NCBI RefSeq assembly: GCF_008831285.2
Contig: NC_045138.2
Span: forward strand, 31,124,001 to 31,188,000
DNA from: Nymphaea colorata
Taxonomy: Eukaryota
Direction of reading: 5' to 3'
Length of the DNA stretch: 64,000 bases
The translations under genes and the position numbers were made by a program. The notes under the pieces are model-generated. The model saw only the letters and a list, made by a program, of their open reading frames with translations. It made no database searches and was not told the origin of the DNA. Of this stretch, positions 57,333-64,000 are shown piece after piece (positions within the stretch are counted from its first letter, which is position 1; each line of letters starts with the position of its first letter).

Positions 57333-60300
57333 ATGGCTTCTTTGATTACTCAATCTCCATCTTCCGTTCTGCAGGGAAAAGTAAGCCTCAAAATCCCACC
57401 TGCCCATAGTCCTGCAACCATACTCACTCCCACCACCAGCAGCAGAAGAAGAAGGAACGGATGCCCCATGAGACTCGCAGTCAATGCCTCCTCAGTTTCT
57501 GCTTCTCCTGAAACAGCAGAGAAACCAATCGTCGATCTCGAATTCATTGGGGTCTCTCTCTCTCTTTCTTTCTCTCAATAGAATACTTTTATGTTCTAAT
57601 TCTTGGTTAATGTGGTGGTGACGGTGGTTGATGTGATGACCAAAGAGCAGGAGCAGGCAGGGGCAGATGGTTCGTATCCGGTGACGAAGGCGTCGGCAGT
57701 GAGCGGCGAGAAGGTGCTCAGGAACCTCATGCTCGAGCACAAGATCGACCTCTACGCCGCCTATGTGAGTTATTTATCTCTGCTCCCCTCCTCCCATTTT
57801 CGGTTTTCTAAATCGCTCCACTTGATTTGGGCTCCCGTATTACGCTGAACCAGGGGCTCTCGTTAACAGCCCCTTCCGACCTTTCTCACCTTTCCCTTCG
57901 TTGTTGGATTTAGTAGTAAATATAGTTATCAGGGGGTCGGGGTCTGATCCCAGTTCTTCGTCGGACCTTCTTTATCACTACCAACCCTCTGGTCTTATGG
58001 GATTTAGGACGGCCCGTGTTTAAGTTGAGAAAACGATTCCTCTTCCATGGGAAAATCCTTACATTTTCCTGCGACACCAATTCAGATTAAACATGGAAAT
58101 GGACGATAGTGTGATGGTGATTCAAGCTCGGACCATTTGAATGTAGCAGATGATAGAGAAGGGACTCGGCAAATTTTAGTTGGCGTTTCTACCGATTATC
58201 GTGTACGTCCTATCACCCACAGTCGGATTCTCTTTCACAGGCCTATCTTCACTCTGCATGTCCTGTATCATGCAGTGTTTTGGCTAAGGTCGCCGATTCC
58301 TGATTTCATGGTTCTGTGTTATTCGTTAATTCACAGAGTTCATGAGCATGCTTTCATCGGTTCAATTATCTTTGTTTCAGTCGTCAAACAAGCTGCAATG
58401 GCTTTGCAGGGAAAAGTGATGAACTGCGGGGGTGGTGGAAGCTGCGGCACTTGTATTGTTGAGGTAATGTGGCCTGTTCCCCATCTGCATCATATTGCTT
58501 TCTCTCTTTCTCTGATACATACACGCGGACAGGCATATTGCCATAAAGCCCCTGTCAATAAGTTGCTTTTCTTTCTTGGTATTACGAAAATGGCCGATGA
58601 GTTCTCGAATTTTCTTGAGCTGTTCTAATTATAGGTGAAAAGCTCTTAAAAATGTGAGGAGAGCATGGGAAAGAAAGAATAAATTTGGTTTATTGCATGC
58701 CCTGATCGTGATAGCTTCATTTTAATTGTTTTACCACGTCAGGACTGATGTTGATAAGCAACATCAGGTAGTTACTTTAACCTGCAGTTGTGGTGACAGC
58801 AATTGCAGAAATGGAAAAATGGCATTCTTGGATAGACTATTGTTAGTTTGGTCTGCAGATGCTTTGAGGAAAAAAAAACAATTATCTTGTAGTCACAGAA
58901 AATGTGTTCTAGTTTATTATTTTCTGTACTTATTCAAACCCTTTTGTTTTTGTTTAGTATGAAATTTCCTGTATTAGATTTTCTGCCGTGCTGACTTGGC
59001 TGATTTTTATTGATCCCAGATCCTTGATGGCAAGGACCTCCTAAGTGAAAGAACAAATGCTGAGTTGCGGTATCTTAAGAAGGTACTACCTTGAATTCTT
59101 ATAATAATCTGAAGAAACCGAAAACCATCTCTATTTTTCTTTCTCATGTGAATCCATGATTTTAATGAAATTGTGGACATCAGCAAGAGTTTCATTCGTG
59201 TTTTCCACTCCAAATTAATTTTCAGAAACCGGATTCCTGGAGGCTGGCTTGTCAAACGATTGTTGGGAATAAAACTAATTCTGGAAAGGTATGCATTTCT
59301 GATTTTCCTACTGAATTGAGGTGTTTATTCTTTGTATTTATGAAGCTATCATGCAAAGAAATATGAACTTGGTCATGTACTCTGTAGCTTACGCATACAC
59401 CAGGGCTGGTCAGGTTGAAGTATTAATTATTATTTTGACGATTATAACAAATCTTACCTGCTCAAGAGACTATGTATCCACCCAAAATCTGATGTAAACT
59501 ATGGACTCTTAAGCACACCACAAGTGACAATCCCAAAGATGAAGATTACCCTATTTAGACACATGAGAGATATAAAAAAAGCCCTGATGCTTTTGTAAAG
59601 TAGTCTGAAGCACTTGAACTTGTTAGGACTCATTTTTTTCTTTTTCTCCATTGCTTTTCTCTCACTTGGTTGCTAATCTAAATTCAACACAAGTTACCTT
59701 GTCAGCCAGCCCTGTGTGCCTAACTGCCTATACTTTCACTAATCTTTGACATGCCAGAACCCTGCCTGGGACCTGTGTTTCTCAGAGGAAAAACAGATGA
59801 ACTTCTGTCTAAACCCCATGTATCTTTTCTCATGTGGTAATGATAAAGGAAAAAGTAAAAATAAAAAATCTTTAAACTATGTTCTTGCTAAAAGTGTAGG
59901 GAATACCGAGTTTCCTTTTCAACTCTTTTGTCAGAAATGGTACTATCGAATAGAGATGTTGACACAAGCATGTAACAGCAATAGACACAGTGATGAATAA
60001 TTCTGATTCCTTGTGATCTAATACAAGTTATTTCAGCAGTTATCTCTGATTCTTTGTTATTTAATACGATTTATTTTGGCAGTTGAGCAAGTAATGATTG
60101 CCAATTATTTGTGGAGTTAGTAAGGCAGTAAAGCATTGTCCAATACTCTGTTTTCTGTTAGACCTTCCCATGGCTTATTGCCTTTATTACTCTTTGGCAC
60201 TACTTACCTAAAGTACATTATTAAGTGGATTGTAATGGCATCCAGTCTCCTAGTGGCTATGCTTTTGTGTGGTTGTGAAATTGAACTTAAACATATACCT

Positions 60301-60927
60301 AACCATTATCTTGGAGCATCTTTCCTGGAATTCATGCCCCTCTTGATTCCCATCCACACCGGGTGGACAATGCTTTAGGAGTCATTGTTTTATGGTGGCA
60401 CCATTGTAGTGGTTTCCAGCCTATAGTGGTTATCCTGCACGTCGTGTACTGGTTTTCAACCTTTTAGCAGTTTGAAATAGGAAACATGTCTACTGGTTTT
60501 CAACCTTTTAGCAGTTTGAAATAGGAAACATGTCTAAGGGTCAACACCGTCTCATGTATACATCATTCTCTTATTGAACTTGTGGGAATTTTACTGTCAA
60601 GAATCAAGAACAGGCACCTATGGAGTACCATTTGCAAATTCAACTGCTCTGTTTGTTTGTAGGTCATGTATAAGTAGTCAATTTTGTGGTGTTTGTAGAT
60701 TTTTAGAAACTAATAATGCTCAAGACACAAAGTTTTATTGATAGAGACCTAGAGGGCCTTGTCTTTTCAATGGCAATGACTTGTTGCAAAAAGCAGGATA
60801 ACTTTTGAAGCAGTTTAGCTTAGTGAACTATTGTTACTGTGGCACTTGATTTTCTGTCAAAAATAGAACTAATCTTTCTTTTTTGATGTAGGTTATTGTC
60901 CAATGCAAACCACAGTGGAAGAAGTAA
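57333..60927 (+). CDS. PnsB3: Chloroplast 2Fe-2S ferredoxin-like protein, photosynthetic NDH subunit of subcomplex B 3-like (~182 aa, 6 exons)
   Basis: Exons 57333-57551, 57651-57764, 58410-58463, 59020-59082, 59226-59288, 60892-60927; all phase 0, GT-AG. Ser-rich transit peptide, DLEFIG, GEKVLRNLM, LYAAYGKVMNCGGGGSCGTCIVE, KPDSWRLACQTIVG, PQWKK*. Whether this is the NDH subunit itself or a close paralog is not resolved; the exon 2 acceptor is uncertain by a few codons. Confidence 0.9.
60448..60535. repeat. Tandem duplication, 2 x ~43 bp, in the last PnsB3 intron
   Basis: TACTGGTTTTCAACCTTTT(T)AGCAGTTTGAAATAGGAAACATGTC occurs twice. Confidence 0.9.
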
Positions 60928-62017
60928 TTACAAGAAAAAATGATGAGTATGCTACAATAAGTAATGGTTAATCTTAAAGAACTATGTCATTAATCTTTCC
61001 TTTTTTATGCTATATGGAACTATAAGGAAAAACAAATCTTGTGCATTCTTATATGGCACTGACCTTTCCAACTGCCTAATTAGTAGTTATATGATCTGTT
61101 GCTATTCTAGGTTGGCACCCATGATCCTCTACGGATGAAGTAATATAAGAGCTCGTGGCACATTCGTTGGCATTCTTATGAGAATGAAAAGAAGATAATC
61201 ACTTACCGAGCTGAATGTATTTAGTATCCTTAAATATCTTTAGTTCATTTGGTTTTCTCCTCCTTTTTTATCTCTTCTTCTACTTAAGGTGACTGAAGTA
61301 CATTATCATATCCATTCTTTGATTCATTTGTGTTGTTTATGCTTGCTATGTCAACATTTACATATCGTGGTGGTCAAGAGATTTCCTTTCGGATTGAAAT
61401 ACTTGAAGTTCTTGAAACCTTTATTTTGGTGTCTCAGTTTGGAAGTGGCTACTTTGGGAAAATCTGGCTCTGGTGGTGTAGCTGGTTAGGAGCCCCTTGT
61501 TATTCACTCAATAATTGGCTGCTTTTATATTAAGCCGGTCATGAAGAGCATGAAAAGGCGGCAAAGAATAAGCAAAAGAAACCGCCATGCATCGTCGCCA
61601 TTCCAAGTACAAAGAAACAAGTGAGGAAATAAAAAATAACAACCACACCTTCATCTTAGAATTCCGAAAGCGATGACCATTGAGAATATTGATTCCTTTC
61701 AGTTTGCTCTTAAATGGTGCCATTCCCGTCTCTCCTCCCGAAAGTTTAGCTATTATACATTATTATTTATCAACAGCATAAAATGATTCAAGCAGGATGT
61801 CGGAAGGGAAAGGGCCATGATAAAATTATTAATGTCATCAACGAATTGTATACATAGAAATGAAAAACGAAAGGAAAATTTGTAATAATCATAAAACCCC
61901 TTTAACTGGAATTACTTTAAAAGAAGGACACTAAGGAGAGTAAAGAGAATTCAAATAACAGTAGCTAGCTAAACTCTAAGTGCCAGTTTGTTTGGGGTTA
62001 GGCCTCTACCTTTATTC

Positions 62018-62130
62018 CAACAAAATGGTTATGTATAATATGGTTATGTATAAGGGAAGACTAAAACACGAACAACAAAATGGTTATGTATAATATGGTT
62101 ATGAATAAGGGAAGACTAAAACACAAACGA
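62018..62130. repeat. Tandem duplication, 2 x ~55 bp
   Basis: CAACAAAATGGTTATGTATAATATGGTTATG.ATAAGGGAAGACTAAAACAC occurs twice. Confidence 0.9.
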
Positions 62131-62249
62131 ATTGACACAACCTTTTTACCAAAAAAAAATTATAAAAAACATAGCTTACAAGCTATGCATATATATATTC
62201 AAGTAAGCAAAATAATAAGGAGGATCATTGGTATGATCCATGATCAAAC

Positions 62250-63310
62250 GTCCTATGTTAACTGTGCACTTTACTCCACAAAAATTCTCATTTGAATTTG
62301 GTGAAGGCACTCAGTCTAGCCTGCATGTGGCAGACGTTCTTTCAGTCTTTGTCTAGTTTTTCACACCCAATCTTGGATAAGGAAAACAATTACATAGTCA
62401 CTACCATATTTCTTATGAAATCTGAGAATGCACTCCAAGACTTTTATTTCTCCTTCATGAATCCTTTCACAATCCTTGATAATGACCACACAACCTAGTT
62501 GGCCATTATCCACATAGTTCAATCCAACTATTTTCGGTCCATGCTTGGTTCTACACTGTAGAGCTCAATTTCAATTTCCATCCAAATTATCAGTTTAATT
62601 TTTGTCTCATAATGCCACTTGATAATGCCACTTGATAAGATGTAAAACTATCCATGTTGCTCCTCCAAACTTCTCTTTTGAACCTGCTAACTTGGAGTTC
62701 AAGACTGTTACAAAAACATCTTACTTTTGAGGCACCACATATTTCAGCAAACAACTCAGAAGGCCATCCTGCAGCGCCAACGCCTTTACTTTTCTGGTAT
62801 CCTAGCTTGTAGTCATCTCTTGAACTCATCTGCAATTTCTCCTTGAAAAAACTTCACTCTACCAAACTTTGCAGCAATATACCTTCAAACTTCCTTTACT
62901 ACCTTATATTTTATTAAGACATGAGAATTTGTCTCCTCTCTGCATAATGACAAAAAGAATAATGCTTTGTTAGCTGAATCCGAGCCTTTTGAATCCTATC
63001 AAGGGTTGGTAGTTTGCCTTCACAAGCAATGTAGGAGTGCGAACAGCTCTTGGCCGGGGCCTGGCCTAGCGTGTCCAAATCTTCTTCTGCCACCAATCTT
63101 TAGCACCCTCAATTCGATACTTCTTGATAATCTCTCCTGCCTTCAAGCCCACCTTACCATCATTACTTCAAACTAAACTATCCTCAGTATTCCTTAGCCT
63201 AATGTTAGCAATGGACATTCCAATACTGATATTAAATTCACTTCAAAGTGCGAGATCCAGAGACCGAAATACCACGAACAAATTGCAGTACTTCATCGCA
63301 TAGGTTGCGT
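62250..63310 (-). mobile_element. L1-type LINE ORF2 3' remnant (zf-RVT and downstream RNase H-like region)
   Basis: Minus strand reads WWQKKIW..APAKSCSHSYIACEGKLPTLDRIQKARIQLTKHYSFCHYAE (zf-RVT pattern G.LPT.DR...C..C), then a W....VC..MW segment; multiple stops. Boundaries approximate. Confidence 0.7.
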
Positions 63311-64000
63311 GAGTGAAATGAAGAAGAAGAGGCGGACGTCGTGGCCGAGGTGGAGATGCTCCATTCGGAAGGGAGGCAAGGAAGATGGTGGTGGTGGCAG
63401 AAGGTGCTCAAACCCACCATGCCTTCTTCAACTAAACAAAAGAAACCAAAAAGAGGGAATTCGCAGATTTTTCATGAGAGAGGTGGAGAGTGCGGCGGCG
63501 ATGACAGATCCAAGCGGAGTGTATCCAGTCGGTCTTTGGAGGGAGGTTTTACATTTCAGTACTTCTGGTCTAAGTAACTACAGATTGAAGCTTAAGTACC
63601 AGAAAAAGTTGGAGTTAAGTTCTTAAGCAAGACAATGTTGAAAATGGATTTCGCATTGCACTCCACTCAACCCGCAAGGAAGGATTAGCTACCACCTTAT
63701 TGAAATTTATAGTACGTTGCGTGCACAAACATCAGAGGTAAGTGAATAAATTTTAAAATAACATCGAAAAATCAAGGAGCAAAGAGAATTGAGTTCCTCA
63801 GATCTGAAAGGAATTTTGAGTTGCCCGTCTGAGAAATAGCTTCACAAGAAACCAGTTCTTATCTGTACGTAAATTTCTGGTTAAAAAACTCACAAATATT
63901 CAGTTCTTCAAGAATACCAATCGTAGCAACACTGAACTCAATCATGCAAGTCTTTCGATCTAACTGATTACCAAATTGAGCTAAAGACCTTCAGGTCAAG

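Noticed and set aside
56888..57409. 173-aa ORF upstream of and overlapping the PnsB3 start
   Set aside because: No recognisable motifs; covers the promoter/5' UTR in a different frame.
61330..61720. Possible LINE ORF1-like fragment (GKIWLWWCSWL)
   Set aside because: Only vague similarity; cannot support.

Overview
Plant (angiosperm) nuclear genomic DNA, AT-rich and full of microsatellites and transposon debris. The first ~19 kb has no gene I can support, only decayed Copia and LINE remnants and small repeats. Gene content: (1) a 6-exon TIFY8-like gene on the minus strand (19960-28161) with a 6-kb, MITE-containing intron; (2) four class III secretory peroxidase genes (39938-54316) arranged <-A B-> <-C D->, of which D is disabled by a net 23-nt deletion in exon 2; (3) a 6-exon chloroplast 2Fe-2S ferredoxin-like PnsB3-type gene (57333-60927). 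There is also a ~140-bp plastid 23S rRNA fragment (NUPT) and several MITEs, some with target-site duplications. The most interesting structure is the peroxidase cluster. It is an inverted duplication of a divergent gene pair, forming a ~15-kb quasi-palindrome (A pairs with D, B with C), with conflicting sequence signals that point to gene conversion. I found no wholly new gene system. Exon coordinates were derived by hand from GT-AG sites and frame checks, and family assignments rest on recalled motifs, not database searches.
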